Below are positions 47,448-57,765 of a stretch of 64,000 nucleotides of DNA, piece by piece. The DNA comes from Nitrospinaceae bacterium (GTDB lineage: Bacteria; Nitrospinota; Nitrospinia; Nitrospinales; Nitrospinaceae), in contig OZ245011.1 in the NCBI GenBank assembly GCA_965223665.1, positions 224,001 to 288,000 on the forward strand, in the 5' to 3' direction. The number at the start of each line of letters is the position of its first letter. Within the stretch, counting starts at the first letter, position 1. A model generated the notes under the pieces. It saw nothing but the letters and a program-made list of their open reading frames with translations, was not told where the DNA came from and ran no database searches. The position numbers and the translations under genes are program-made.

Positions 47448-48767
47448 ATGTCTCCTCCCTGTGTTGCCATTGTTGGACGAGCCAACGTCGGAAAATCTAC
47501 CCTATTTAACCGAATAACAAAAACTCGATCAGCCATCGTAAATAATACACCCGGTGTAACAAGAGATAGAATGTATAAAATCGTAGAGTGGTTTAATAAA
47601 ACCTTTCAATTGATTGATACGGGTGGGATTGATTTAGCGGGTGAAAATGAAATTGAACTCCAGGTAATAGAGCAAGCTGAAATTGCTATAGCTGAAGCTG
47701 ATTGTATTTTAATGGTTGTCGATGGACAACATGGGTTGACTCCCCAAGATCTGGATGTAATTGAAAAAATTAGAAAATCCGGAAAGTTAATGGTTTTAGT
47801 AGTAAATAAAATTGACGATCCCAAACATGAAGCCTTAATGGGACCTTTTTATGAACTTGGAGTCAATAACACTTACCCAATCTCAGCTGAGCATGGAGTT
47901 GGAATTAGTTATTTATTAGAAGAGTTAGTGAAGAACCTGCCTGAATCAAAGGAACTTAAATCTGACGCAGGGATACAGGTCGGGATTATTGGTAGACCTA
48001 ATGCAGGAAAATCATCTTTGATAAATCGTTTGGTAAATACTGACCGTTGTATAATTTCTGATATTCCTGGTACAACACGTGATTCGGTAGATACATTAAT
48101 TACCTTTGAGGGCCAAAACTATATATTAGTCGATACGGCAGGAATTCGAAGAAAGGGAAAGACGACTCATCTGTTAGATAAAGTAAGTGTTGTTATGGCC
48201 TTAAAGGCTTTGGAAAGATGTGAAGTGGCGGTGTTGGTAATTGATGCAGAAGTTGGGGTTAGCGATCAAGATGCGACCATAGCCGGCTATGCGCTAGAAC
48301 GTGGTTGTGGTTGTATTTTAGCCATAAACAAATGGGATGCTTTGGACCGAAAAGAAGCAACTATAAAAGTTTTTGATGACAAAGTAAGAAACAAATTGAA
48401 ATTTTTAGATTTTGCGCCCATAATGCACATCTCTGCAAAAACGGGTTACGGATTGAAGGGTTTTTTTCCGTTAATTTTTAAAGTTTTTGGTGAATACAAT
48501 AAAACAATACCAACTGGGAAATTGAACGATTGTTTTTCCAAAGCCATTCAAAAAAATCCCATGAGTAGCTATAGAGGAAAATTTTTAAAATTATTTTATT
48601 CCACCCAGACTAGAACTTGTCCTCCTACGTTTCAGTGTTTTGTAAATTATCCTGAAGGTATTCATTTTTCGTATAAACGTTATCTCATAAACAGTCTACG
48701 GAAAGGTTTTGGATTTTCTGGGACTCCGATCAGGCTGAATTTTTCTCCCAGAAAAGCAAAAACCTGA
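47448..48767 (+). CDS. der: Ribosome biogenesis GTPase Der (EngA)
   Basis: Two G domains (GRANVGKST, GRPNAGKSS); start moved to MSPPCVAIVG. Confidence 0.96.
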   Translation: MSPPCVAIVGRANVGKSTLFNRITKTRSAIVNNTPGVTRDRMYKIVEWFNKTFQLIDTGGIDLAGENEIELQVIEQAEIAIAEADCILMVVDGQHGLTPQDLDVIEKIRKSGKLMVLVVNKIDDPKHEALMGPFYELGVNNTYPISAEHGVGISYLLEELVKNLPESKELKSDAGIQVGIIGRPNAGKSSLINRLVNTDRCIISDIPGTTRDSVDTLITFEGQNYILVDTAGIRRKGKTTHLLDKVSVVMALKALERCEVAVLVIDAEVGVSDQDATIAGYALERGCGCILAINKWDALDRKEATIKVFDDKVRNKLKFLDFAPIMHISAKTGYGLKGFFPLIFKVFGEYNKTIPTGKLNDCFSKAIQKNPMSSYRGKFLKLFYSTQTRTCPPTFQCFVNYPEGIHFSYKRYLINSLRKGFGFSGTPIRLNFSPRKAKT

Positions 48768-48771
48768 AAGA

Positions 48772-51171
48772 ATGACCTCTCCACCTAAATATAAAATATA
48801 TAAAGGCTATAACTTTAGGATTTTTGAAATCCCGGGTTTCGATCCCATTTGTTTTGGGTGTCCTCCTGGAATTGTAAAGGATTTTTCACGTCGAAATAAG
48901 GATCTTCCCTCAAAATATTTTCTTCCTCTCAGAACATTTGTTAAAGGAAAAAACTATTTTGATTTTGAATTTATTGTATATAGCTTTTTGTTTGTTAAAA
49001 ACGAGAAATCAAAAATTTCGATTTATTGTACTTCTGACCAGAAAAAACGTTTTAAATCCATAATAAATGAAACCTTATTTGGGCCTACTTTTAAAAATAT
49101 GTTGTTGGCTCAATTTAGAAAGATTGAAAGAAACTCGGAGTTTTCTTTTAAAGAAAAAAATCAATTTCGAAAGTTGGTGGTAAGTCTGTCTAATAATGTT
49201 GACCTTTCTAAATTTGTCCAACAACTTCTTGAAAGGAATGAAAAAGAAAAAATAATTCATTCAAAATTGGAAAATTATTTTGAAGAATTTTTGAAGAACA
49301 TTCCCTGGTTATATAAAAAGAAAATCCCATTAATAGAGAAACAATTCGCCAAAAATTATTTTCTTTGTCTGCATCTTAAAAATGAGATGGATTTGTTTGT
49401 GCTTGCAAAAGAAAGCGATAGAGGTAAATTTATTGAAAACTTGGTGGACTTTCATTTATTGGATATCCAAGAATCGTTAACCCTATCGGGGATCGAAGAC
49501 AAAAGAAAAAAAATAAATATTTCTCAAGTGCAGCCGGCAATATTTGAAATTTCCATAAAAAATAAACCCGTTTGTAAAATTGATATTTTACATTTGGATC
49601 CACCCCCTCGCCCGGAAAAAATTATGTCAATTGAAAAACCTCATTTGGGTGTAACTTATTTAGGCGTTGGTTCCGGGTTTAGCCATAATAGGCGGAATAG
49701 CTCATTGATAGTATGGGTTGACGGGAAAGGAATTATGGTTGATGCCTATAGCGATAATAATGAAACCATGCTGGGTTATGGTATTGCGAGTAATGAAATT
49801 AATTATATGTTTTTAACTCATGTGCATTCAGACCATGATTCAGGTTTTATTGAAAAAATTCTTTCTGGTCAACGTATAAAACTGATAACCTCTCGGATCA
49901 TTTTTGAGAGCTTTTTAAGAAAAATTCAAGGAATTACTAAGTTTCCTACTGAGGTAATTGAAAGTTTTATTGATTTTTTTGAAGTTGAACCTAATAGAAG
50001 AATTAAATTACCTGGATTCAAGAATACTTATCTTGACTTTGATTACTCTTTGCACTCTATCCCCACTGGAAGGTTTCGCTTGGTTTATAAAGCCAATGGA
50101 AACGAAAAAGTAATTAGTCATTCCGGAGATACCAAGTTTGACATGGAAATGGTTCATCAGTGGTGGAAGCAAGGTGTATTTAGTGAAAAAAGAAGAGATG
50201 GAATTCTTGGTTTTATTTGGGATGCGGATTTGGTAATTCAGGAAGTTGGAGGTGGGGTTCTGCATACCAATTTGGGTTCTCTTAGTTATTTGGACCCATC
50301 AATTATGAAAAAAACTGTATTAGTTCATCAACATAAAGATCCCTTCCCTCATCCTTTATTTCGATTTGCTGAGGAGGGTAAAACAGATGTTCTGATCAAA
50401 CAAAAAACGTCAAGTAAGCAATCCTTGACAGATTTTCTAAAAGAGGTAGCTTTGTTTGATAAAGTCACTTCCAAAGAATTGAAGGAAATTGTAAAAGGGT
50501 CTTCGACCATTAAAAAGAAAAGTGGTGAAATAGTTTTTTCAAAAAACCAGGTTGGAGATTCATTTTATATTATTATAGATGGGTTTGCTGAAGTTCGCTT
50601 GAATCGCGATAAATATGCCATTTATGAAAAGGGAATGTTTTTTGGAGAACTTGCAGTTTCAACAGAAAATCCTCAAAGGCGAGGAACTGTGAGAGCCCTT
50701 TCACCCATGACGTTAGTAAAAATTCCAAAAAAATTCTACCGAAAAGGAATATTTCCTGAAATTGTGGATGAATTTTACCATTTAGGGAATTACTTCAATA
50801 AATATATTCGTCCCGGTTTAGTGGCTTCACTGGGATTTGGAGATGTCGCTCATTGGAAAAGAGGAGAACCTTTATTTTCAAATGGTTTAGAGGATGGGCA
50901 AGCTTATGTTTTGATTTCTGGCCAGGTAAAAGTTCGGATCCCTAAACGAAAAACCGTTGCATTTCTATCCAGTGGAGATATTATGGGCGATCTTCCAAAT
51001 TGGAAAAAGTTTCCTTCGGTTTCACAAATTTCTGCTGATAGTGACCGTGTATTAGCAGTTAAAATAACTAAAAATCATTTGGGAGATTTACTAAAGCTTT
51101 ACCCCTCATTTTGGGGTACGGTATACCATAAGCTAAAGAGATTAGATGTTACTTTAAATAATTCGCTCTAA
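48772..51171 (+). CDS. MBL-fold metallohydrolase with two C-terminal cyclic-nucleotide-binding domains
   Basis: LGVGSGF, THVHSDH, HSIP and SGDT motifs; CNB-like FYIIIDG..FFGELA..RRGTV, then a second degenerate YVLISG..DIMGD. Confidence 0.8.
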   Translation: MTSPPKYKIYKGYNFRIFEIPGFDPICFGCPPGIVKDFSRRNKDLPSKYFLPLRTFVKGKNYFDFEFIVYSFLFVKNEKSKISIYCTSDQKKRFKSIINETLFGPTFKNMLLAQFRKIERNSEFSFKEKNQFRKLVVSLSNNVDLSKFVQQLLERNEKEKIIHSKLENYFEEFLKNIPWLYKKKIPLIEKQFAKNYFLCLHLKNEMDLFVLAKESDRGKFIENLVDFHLLDIQESLTLSGIEDKRKKINISQVQPAIFEISIKNKPVCKIDILHLDPPPRPEKIMSIEKPHLGVTYLGVGSGFSHNRRNSSLIVWVDGKGIMVDAYSDNNETMLGYGIASNEINYMFLTHVHSDHDSGFIEKILSGQRIKLITSRIIFESFLRKIQGITKFPTEVIESFIDFFEVEPNRRIKLPGFKNTYLDFDYSLHSIPTGRFRLVYKANGNEKVISHSGDTKFDMEMVHQWWKQGVFSEKRRDGILGFIWDADLVIQEVGGGVLHTNLGSLSYLDPSIMKKTVLVHQHKDPFPHPLFRFAEEGKTDVLIKQKTSSKQSLTDFLKEVALFDKVTSKELKEIVKGSSTIKKKSGEIVFSKNQVGDSFYIIIDGFAEVRLNRDKYAIYEKGMFFGELAVSTENPQRRGTVRALSPMTLVKIPKKFYRKGIFPEIVDEFYHLGNYFNKYIRPGLVASLGFGDVAHWKRGEPLFSNGLEDGQAYVLISGQVKVRIPKRKTVAFLSSGDIMGDLPNWKKFPSVSQISADSDRVLAVKITKNHLGDLLKLYPSFWGTVYHKLKRLDVTLNNSL

Positions 51172-51189
51172 ATTTAAGAAGGTATAAAC

Positions 51190-51218
51190 TTGATCAAACC
51201 TTTGACTAACTATAAAAT
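51190..51218 (+). promoter_or_regulatory. Candidate sigma70 promoter for the EF-G paralog
   Basis: TTGATC-N17-TAAAAT. Confidence 0.4.
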
Positions 51219-51302
51219 ATGTGCTTTCTTGAGTAAAAACTTACCAATTTAAAATTTATCTGGAGGGCATGGACTGAAGCCCCCATAGTCTGTGAGGGAA
51301 GT

Positions 51303-53399
51303 ATGAAAACGTATAAACCGCAACAGATCAGGAACGTTGGAATTATTGGCCACGGTGGATCCGGTAAGACTTCAATGGTTGAGGCCTTATTATATGCTAC
51401 AGGAGTTTCGGACCGAATTGGCAAGGTTGGAGATAATTCTTCTATCATGGACTATGACCCTGACGAGATTAAGCGCGGACATTCGATAAATGCTTCATTC
51501 GCTTTTTTTGAATGGGAAAAACACAAAATAAATATTTTAGATACTCCTGGTGAAAACAATTTTATTGCAGATACCCCAGGTTGCATTAGAGTGGTGGATG
51601 GAGCTGTAGTAGTCATTGGAGCCGATTATGGGGTTCAATTTTACACTGAAAAAGTTTGGCAGTGGGCGGATGAGAAATCCCTTCAGCGAATTATTTTTAT
51701 AAATAAAATGGATAGTGAAAAAGCATCTCTTAAATCCGTTTTAGATAGCATAAAAAAGAAACTTAAAGTTCAACCGTTATTAACTCAAATTCCTGTGGGG
51801 CAAGGTGAAAACTTCTCGGGAATTGTGGACCTGATTGAAAAAAAATTCTTTTCGTATGAAAAGGGCGGGAAGGGAATTGGTAAATCAGAAGAAATCCCCA
51901 GTGAATTGAAAGATGAAGTTGAAGAGAGTATAGCAGAATTAAATGAGGTGGTTGCTGAGGCAGATGATGAATTAGTTGAGATTTATCTTGAAAAAGGCGA
52001 GCTGACCGAAGAGCAATTTAACAGAGGATTACAGACTGGGATTAAAAGTGGACAATTGGTTCCGGTGTTGATAGGGTCTGCCACCCAAAATATTGGTACA
52101 GATAGAATTTTAAAAGCCATTGTAGATTACCTTCCTTCTCCAGATAGTCGTTCTCCTGAACTGGCAAATTCGATTAAGGACAAACAAGAAATTGAGGTTT
52201 CCACAGATAGTGATCAACCTTTTTCGGGCTTAGTTTTCAAAACATTTGCTGATCCTTATGCTGGAAAGCTTACCTTGTTCCGTATTTTTTCCGGCAGTAT
52301 AAAACCAGATACCAATGTATATAATTCAACCCACGAAACTAATGAGAGAATAGGGCAGTTGTTTGCATTGCAGGGAAAAAAGCAGGAACAAGTTTCAGAG
52401 GCTTATGCAGGGGATATAGTGGGAGTGGCAAAATTAAAAACTACCGCCACTGGAGACTCATTAACAGCTTCCGATAAGGGAGTTATTTTCAAAGAATTAA
52501 TTTTTCCTAATCCGGTGCTAGCCAGAGCGGTACTTCCAAAAACCCGGGCTGATGAAGAAAAAATTAGTAATGCTTTAGGACGTCTTAAAGAAGAGGATCC
52601 TACTTTAAAAGTGGAGCGTGATCCGCAAACAAACGAGCTTTTAATTTCAGGTATGGGATCAGAACATTTAGATGTTATTATTGAACGTCTGAAACGAAGA
52701 TTTGGTGTAGAAGTGGATGTCAAAGCCCCCAAAGTTCCTTATCGAGAAACCATCCGAGGATCTACTAAAGTACAAGGAAAACATAAAAAACAATCTGGTG
52801 GACGGGGGCAATATGGAGATGCCTGGTTAGAAATTTCTCCTCTCCCTAAGGGAGGAGGATTTGAGTTTGAAAACCGTATTGTTGGTGGTGCAATTCCTAA
52901 GACCTATATTCCTGCAGTTGAAAAGGGTGTTCAGGAAGCCATGGCCGGGGGAGTCTTGGCCAATTATCCCATGGTGGATGTAAAAGTGGCTGTATATGAT
53001 GGCTCCTATCATGATGTAGATTCCTCGGAAATGGCTTTTAAAATTGCAGGCTCGATTGGATTTAAAAAGGGGGTTTTAGAATGTAAGCCCATTTTATTGG
53101 AACCCGTTATGTTAATAGAAATTAGCGTTCCGAGTGAATTTGTTGGGGATGTAATGGGAGATTTGAATTCCAAGCGTGGAAAGGTTTTGGGAGTTGATGC
53201 AGGTGAAGATACCCAGAAAATTAAAGCACATGTGCCAATGGCTTCTATTTTAAATTATGCTCCTGAATTAAGAGCTCTTACCAGTGGTCGAGGATTTTTT
53301 GTCATGGAATTCGACCATTATGATGATGTGCCTGAGCATTTAATAACCAAGATTATTGAAGAAGCAAAAAAAGAAAAAGAAGAAGAACAACAACACTAA
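51303..53399 (+). CDS. fusA: Elongation factor G paralog (EF-G2-like)
   Basis: Full EF-G architecture (NKMD, KKQSGGRGQYG, GSYHDVDSSEMAF) with divergent GHGGSGKTS, RGHSI and DTPGENNF; not in the rpsL-rpsG-fusA-tuf operon. Confidence 0.9.
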   Translation: MKTYKPQQIRNVGIIGHGGSGKTSMVEALLYATGVSDRIGKVGDNSSIMDYDPDEIKRGHSINASFAFFEWEKHKINILDTPGENNFIADTPGCIRVVDGAVVVIGADYGVQFYTEKVWQWADEKSLQRIIFINKMDSEKASLKSVLDSIKKKLKVQPLLTQIPVGQGENFSGIVDLIEKKFFSYEKGGKGIGKSEEIPSELKDEVEESIAELNEVVAEADDELVEIYLEKGELTEEQFNRGLQTGIKSGQLVPVLIGSATQNIGTDRILKAIVDYLPSPDSRSPELANSIKDKQEIEVSTDSDQPFSGLVFKTFADPYAGKLTLFRIFSGSIKPDTNVYNSTHETNERIGQLFALQGKKQEQVSEAYAGDIVGVAKLKTTATGDSLTASDKGVIFKELIFPNPVLARAVLPKTRADEEKISNALGRLKEEDPTLKVERDPQTNELLISGMGSEHLDVIIERLKRRFGVEVDVKAPKVPYRETIRGSTKVQGKHKKQSGGRGQYGDAWLEISPLPKGGGFEFENRIVGGAIPKTYIPAVEKGVQEAMAGGVLANYPMVDVKVAVYDGSYHDVDSSEMAFKIAGSIGFKKGVLECKPILLEPVMLIEISVPSEFVGDVMGDLNSKRGKVLGVDAGEDTQKIKAHVPMASILNYAPELRALTSGRGFFVMEFDHYDDVPEHLITKIIEEAKKEKEEEQQH

Positions 53400-53412
53400 A
53401 TTGACAATAAAA

Positions 53413-53718
53413 ATGGTTAAGGGAACGGAAATAGGTACCGTAGTAAAATCTGATTTAGTAGATCGAGTTTATGAAAAGGTGGGATTTACTCGAAAACAGG
53501 CTGCAGATGCAGTAGATATTATTTTTGATGAAATTAAAAGTGTTTTAAGTAAAGGTGAAGATGTTCGTATTGTAGGTTTTGCAAATTTTCACTTAAGGGA
53601 TAAAAAAGCACGAAATGCAAGAAACCCCAAAACCGGCGAACCAGTAGAAATTTCTGCTCGACGGGTTCTTACCTTTAAACCAAGTAAACATTTAATTCAC
53701 TCCACTAATGGGGATTAA
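53413..53718 (+). CDS. ihfA: Integration host factor alpha subunit
   Basis: GFANF...[23 protein letters not shown]; upstream of a MerR gene, as is commonly conserved. Confidence 0.85.
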   Translation: MVKGTEIGTVVKSDLVDRVYEKVGFTRKQAADAVDIIFDEIKSVLSKGEDVRIVGFANFHLRDKKARNARNPKTGEPVEISARRVLTFKPSKHLIHSTNGD

Positions 53719-54085
53719 AATGAATCCTTCAATTCCTGATAAACTCTTTTTCAAAATTGGTGAGGTTTCTGAAATCACAGGTATCGAGCAGCATGTGCTC
53801 CGCTACTGGGAAGAGGAGTTTGAAATTTTAAACCCGGACAAAAACCCTTCTGGTCAGCGTCTATACCAAAAAAAGGACATTGAGCAAGTTCTTGAAATAA
53901 AAGACTTGCTATATATAGAGCGTTTTACTATTGAAGGGGCTAAAAAACGCCTGAAAAATAAAAATCGGAAAGTCAATCAACTAGACTTTGGGTTTGAAAA
54001 AGAAATATTTAATGATTGGCGAAAGAAAATGAAGGGCGAACTCAAATCAATTTTGAAAATCCTCGATAAAAAAAGTTATCGTTAA
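53708..54085 (+). CDS. MerR-family HTH regulator
   Basis: FKIGEVS...HVLRYWE...GQRLY...FTIEGA. The start may be the ATG at 53720. Confidence 0.9.
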   Translation: MGIKMNPSIPDKLFFKIGEVSEITGIEQHVLRYWEEEFEILNPDKNPSGQRLYQKKDIEQVLEIKDLLYIERFTIEGAKKRLKNKNRKVNQLDFGFEKEIFNDWRKKMKGELKSILKILDKKSYR

Positions 54086-54180
54086 AAAATCCTTCCTTCT
54101 TTATTTTGTTTTTCTAAATAACACTATTTTGTTTTCCCATAGATTTTGATAAGGTGTAGACATACATTTTTGAGGTTGCT

Positions 54181-55797
54181 GTGTCTATTTTCAAAAGGTC
54201 GAAAATTTTTGTGCTTTTCCTTATTACTTTTTGGGTAGGTTTTGGCGGAAATGCTAATTCTACTCATTTGGGAAAACCTGAAGATTCAAAGCCTAAAGGA
54301 AAAAGACCTTTTTATGCTTTTCCTGGAAACTATAGAGATCAGGTCAATCAATTAAAAGAAAAATTTAAAAAATCCTTTGGTTATGATCTATTGGATTTAG
54401 ATGAGAGTTGGCGGCCTAAGGAAATTGAAAAAATTCATCAGGCTTTTGAAAAACTACCATCACATTTTTATCGAATACCGGGACTTGTCGGGTTTTACAG
54501 GGCAAGTAAAATCCAGGTAAAGGCCGCCCAAGCAATTAGCGATGAAGTTCCCGCTGCTACCTTTCCTAGCTATTCAACAATATACCGAAAACATTCCAAC
54601 AAATATATGGTTGAAGTATCTAAGGATCCTTTACGGATTGAATTTTATAATTCTTTGTTTTACGAAAATCTAGAGGATTTTTTTAATATTGTTCATCATG
54701 AAATGGGGCATGTTTACGATATTGCCAATAAATTTTTTAGTTATTCTGTGGGATGGTTGAACATCACAGGATTTCAGTTAGTCCATGTTCCGGCATTAGA
54801 TGGAAAAGAAGAAAGTGACTTTATTTACGTTTTTCTGGATAAATCAGAAATAAAAAATTATGCTCCTATTTCGGATCGAAATCTTCCGACGTATTCCCGA
54901 AATAATCCTCAAGAGGATTTTGCTAACTCAGTGGCTGCTTATATACATTATCCTTTTTTTAAATATTCCAATTCCAAAAGGTATAAATTTTTAAAAGAAA
55001 AGGTATTTAAAGGAATTGAATATTTTAATGAGAACCTTGAAGGAAATTCATATGAAAAGATAATCTTGGGAGAATTTGAAAAAGCATTAAAAACCAGTAA
55101 ATGGGATTATCTGTTAAAGCTTTCAATTGAAAATAGTCGCTTAATAATGCCGGATTTAGAGTCCCAAATTGTGAAGATTTTGGTTCAAAAATCCCAGGAA
55201 AAGATTGATCCTGAGGTGGACCTTAAATTGGCAATTTCGAGTTGTTATTTTTATGATCCCGAGGCACTTAAATTTCGTCAAAACTTATTTTTAAAAAAAA
55301 GGATCCGTGTTGGGGATCTTATGAAAAATTTTCGTTGTCGACGTATGGGACGCCAGATGTTTGAGGAAATTATTGCCCGTTGGGCTGTAATGAATTTGCA
55401 TTTTTATCGAAAAAGTGGAAAGGACTGGGTTCAATTTCATGATCCTTTAGCCTTACAGGCGCAATCGAGGGGGTTTTTTACCAGTTATAGATGGACATTG
55501 AATGAAGAAAAAACTGATGGATTAAAAGTTCTTGTAAAGGGACAAACTGAGGGCCAAAATAAAGCGAATGGTTCGATTAAAGTGAATTTAACAACTACAG
55601 CATCCAATGCTTTTGAAATGCCAATGGGGAAAAAGCTGATTCTTGAATTAGGAGCTCACCGAATTCACCCGCAATCAGGAAAGTCTTTTGATTCTCCTTT
55701 AGCAAGAATTCGATTTGTAATTCAACCGGGGTTTAAATACATAGGACCAGAAAATCCGAAATTGGAGATTGAATTCCTGGAATATTCTAAAAATTGA
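54181..55797 (+). CDS. Exported protein with a zincin-type metallopeptidase motif
   Basis: Signal-like N-terminus, HHEMGH (HEXXH) and downstream YS..NPQEDFA. Confidence 0.65.
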   Translation: MSIFKRSKIFVLFLITFWVGFGGNANSTHLGKPEDSKPKGKRPFYAFPGNYRDQVNQLKEKFKKSFGYDLLDLDESWRPKEIEKIHQAFEKLPSHFYRIPGLVGFYRASKIQVKAAQAISDEVPAATFPSYSTIYRKHSNKYMVEVSKDPLRIEFYNSLFYENLEDFFNIVHHEMGHVYDIANKFFSYSVGWLNITGFQLVHVPALDGKEESDFIYVFLDKSEIKNYAPISDRNLPTYSRNNPQEDFANSVAAYIHYPFFKYSNSKRYKFLKEKVFKGIEYFNENLEGNSYEKIILGEFEKALKTSKWDYLLKLSIENSRLIMPDLESQIVKILVQKSQEKIDPEVDLKLAISSCYFYDPEALKFRQNLFLKKRIRVGDLMKNFRCRRMGRQMFEEIIARWAVMNLHFYRKSGKDWVQFHDPLALQAQSRGFFTSYRWTLNEEKTDGLKVLVKGQTEGQNKANGSIKVNLTTTASNAFEMPMGKKLILELGAHRIHPQSGKSFDSPLARIRFVIQPGFKYIGPENPKLEIEFLEYSKN

Positions 55798-55804
55798 AAT
55801 TTAT

Positions 55805-56227
55805 TTAAGGAAGGTCTCGAACCAGTCTAACAGCCATATTTAGGTTCGCATATTGAGAGGGCCAGACTTTTACCCCATCCTCATATTGAATCACAAGTGC
55901 AGAAGAATCTTTTATGTCTTCTGTCCAAGTTACTCCCGCACTTCCCGGCTCAAAAATAGGATCCAGATAAATTTCATCCCCATATTTATCTTTATTTATT
56001 TTCTCTAAATCAAATAGACTCCAAGCTTCATTTTCATAGGGAAACCGCCAATTTTCGTAGCCACCCAACCGCTCTAAGTTTACAATCTGCATGTATTCAT
56101 GGCCGGCAAACCAATTCTTCCACTTTTTTGTGTCTTGAAGCGAGTCTGTTTTTTTCCACATAAGATTCATTTTGTTATCAGTAACAGTTCCATTACCGTT
56201 ATCTATAAAGCGATTATTTTCAGTCAT
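55805..56227 (-). CDS. DUF1566 (Lcl C-terminal-like) domain protein
   Basis: RFIDNGNGTVTD..NLMW, GGYENWRFP and VRLVR motifs. Confidence 0.85.
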   Translation of the reverse strand: MTENNRFIDNGNGTVTDNKMNLMWKKTDSLQDTKKWKNWFAGHEYMQIVNLERLGGYENWRFPYENEAWSLFDLEKINKDKYGDEIYLDPIFEPGSAGVTWTEDIKDSSALVIQYEDGVKVWPSQYANLNMAVRLVRDLP

Positions 56228-56239
56228 AATATTTTATTT

Positions 56240-57670
56240 CTAATCAAGGTAATTATTTAATACTAATAATTTTGGCTCTGTCATTTCTTCAATACTATAT
56301 TTAATTCCCTCACGCCCGAATCCGGAATCTTTAACTCCTCCATATGGCATATTATCCACTCGGAAAGTTGGTACATCATTTAAAACTACGCCGCCGACAT
56401 CTAACTGATTAAAACCAGACATCGCCTTATCGAGCTGATTGGTAAAAATACCGGCTTGTAATCCAAAGTCAGAATCATTGATTGAATTAAGGGCTTGTTG
56501 AAAATCTGAATAAGGTTCTAATACTAATACAGGACCAAATGCTTCTGAACATACAACTTTATTATTGGATTTGACATTGGTAAGTATCGTAGGTTCATAA
56601 AAAGCTCCATCTCGCTTTCCCCCAGTTACTAAGTCGGCACCTCCTTCAAGCGCTTCATTTATCCAGGATTCAATTCTTTTCGCATTTTCATTGTCAATTA
56701 AAGGACCAAGTGTAACATCGTCTTCCAATGGATTCCCTTTTTTTAGTTTTGTTGTTTCTTGGATTAATAGTTTTTTGAAATCATCAAAGCAGGATTCATG
56801 CACATAGGTTCTTTGAACAGAAATGCATACTTGTCCAGAATATGCAAAGGCACCAAAGCAAACTTTTTTTGCAGCAAAATTTAAATCTGCATCGGGTTCG
56901 ATAACAACCCCAGCATTACCTCCCAATTCTAGAGTTACCTTTTTCTTACCAGCTCTTTTTTTAATATCCCAACCAACAGGTGGACTTCCGGTGAAAGAAA
57001 CCATCTTTAAACGCAAGTCTTCCACCAAAGCTGTGGCATTTTTGCTTTTACAAGGCAAAACACTAAAGCTTCCTTCAACCGCATCTGTATTTATAATCAC
57101 TTCTCCCAGCAAAAGTGCTGTAAGAGGTGTGGCGGAGGAGGGCTTTAATACAATTGGATTTCCGCAAGCCAAAGCCGGAGCAACTTTATGAGCGACTAAA
57201 TTTAATGGAAAATTAAATGGAGAAATTCCGGAGATGGGGCCAATAGGAAACCTTTTAACCAAGCCTGTTTTTCCATTAGACGCTTCAGAAATATCTAGTG
57301 TTAGGAGTTCTCCATGAATTCGTTTAGCCTCCTCGGCAGCAATTGAGAAAGTTGAAATAGAACGTGCTACTTCACCACGCGCATACACTAAAGGTTTTCC
57401 TGACTCCTGAGCTATGATAGATGCGAATTCTTCCTGGCGTTCTCTAATGGCTTCAGCAATTTGGGTACATATTCGACTACGGATAAAAGCAGGAAGCTTT
57501 TTTGTTATTTTAAACGCTTCAACAGCTAAATCAATAGCTTGCTCAATTTCTCTAGATCCAGCTAAGGCTACCTCCGCAAACACTTCTTGAGTATAGGGAT
57601 TAAGAACCGGCAATGTTTCAACGGAGTTTTTCCATTCTTTACCTAATAAGAATTTATGGGTCTGGGTCAT
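56240..57670 (-). CDS. NAD(P)-dependent aldehyde dehydrogenase
   Basis: PFNFP, FTGS, LELGGN, GQVC, EAFGP and PYGGVKDSG motifs. Confidence 0.95.
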   Translation of the reverse strand: MTQTHKFLLGKEWKNSVETLPVLNPYTQEVFAEVALAGSREIEQAIDLAVEAFKITKKLPAFIRSRICTQIAEAIRERQEEFASIIAQESGKPLVYARGEVARSISTFSIAAEEAKRIHGELLTLDISEASNGKTGLVKRFPIGPISGISPFNFPLNLVAHKVAPALACGNPIVLKPSSATPLTALLLGEVIINTDAVEGSFSVLPCKSKNATALVEDLRLKMVSFTGSPPVGWDIKKRAGKKKVTLELGGNAGVVIEPDADLNFAAKKVCFGAFAYSGQVCISVQRTYVHESCFDDFKKLLIQETTKLKKGNPLEDDVTLGPLIDNENAKRIESWINEALEGGADLVTGGKRDGAFYEPTILTNVKSNNKVVCSEAFGPVLVLEPYSDFQQALNSINDSDFGLQAGIFTNQLDKAMSGFNQLDVGGVVLNDVPTFRVDNMPYGGVKDSGFGREGIKYSIEEMTEPKLLVLNNYLD

Positions 57671-57765
57671 CGTAATCCTGAAATGATTAAGAAATTTTGT
57701 GGGTTCTATTTTATATGAAATTTAAAAAGATTCAATCCAACCGGAAGGGTAAAACCAATGGGTGA

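Noticed and set aside
51268-51294. Hairpin CATGGACT...AGTCTGTG in the EF-G paralog leader
   Set aside because: Short stem with G-U pairs and no recognisable RNA family; cannot be supported without covariation data.
54086-54180. tRNA-Pro often found after ihfA-merR
   Set aside because: The spacer is AT-rich, with no cloverleaf or GGTTCGA T-loop.
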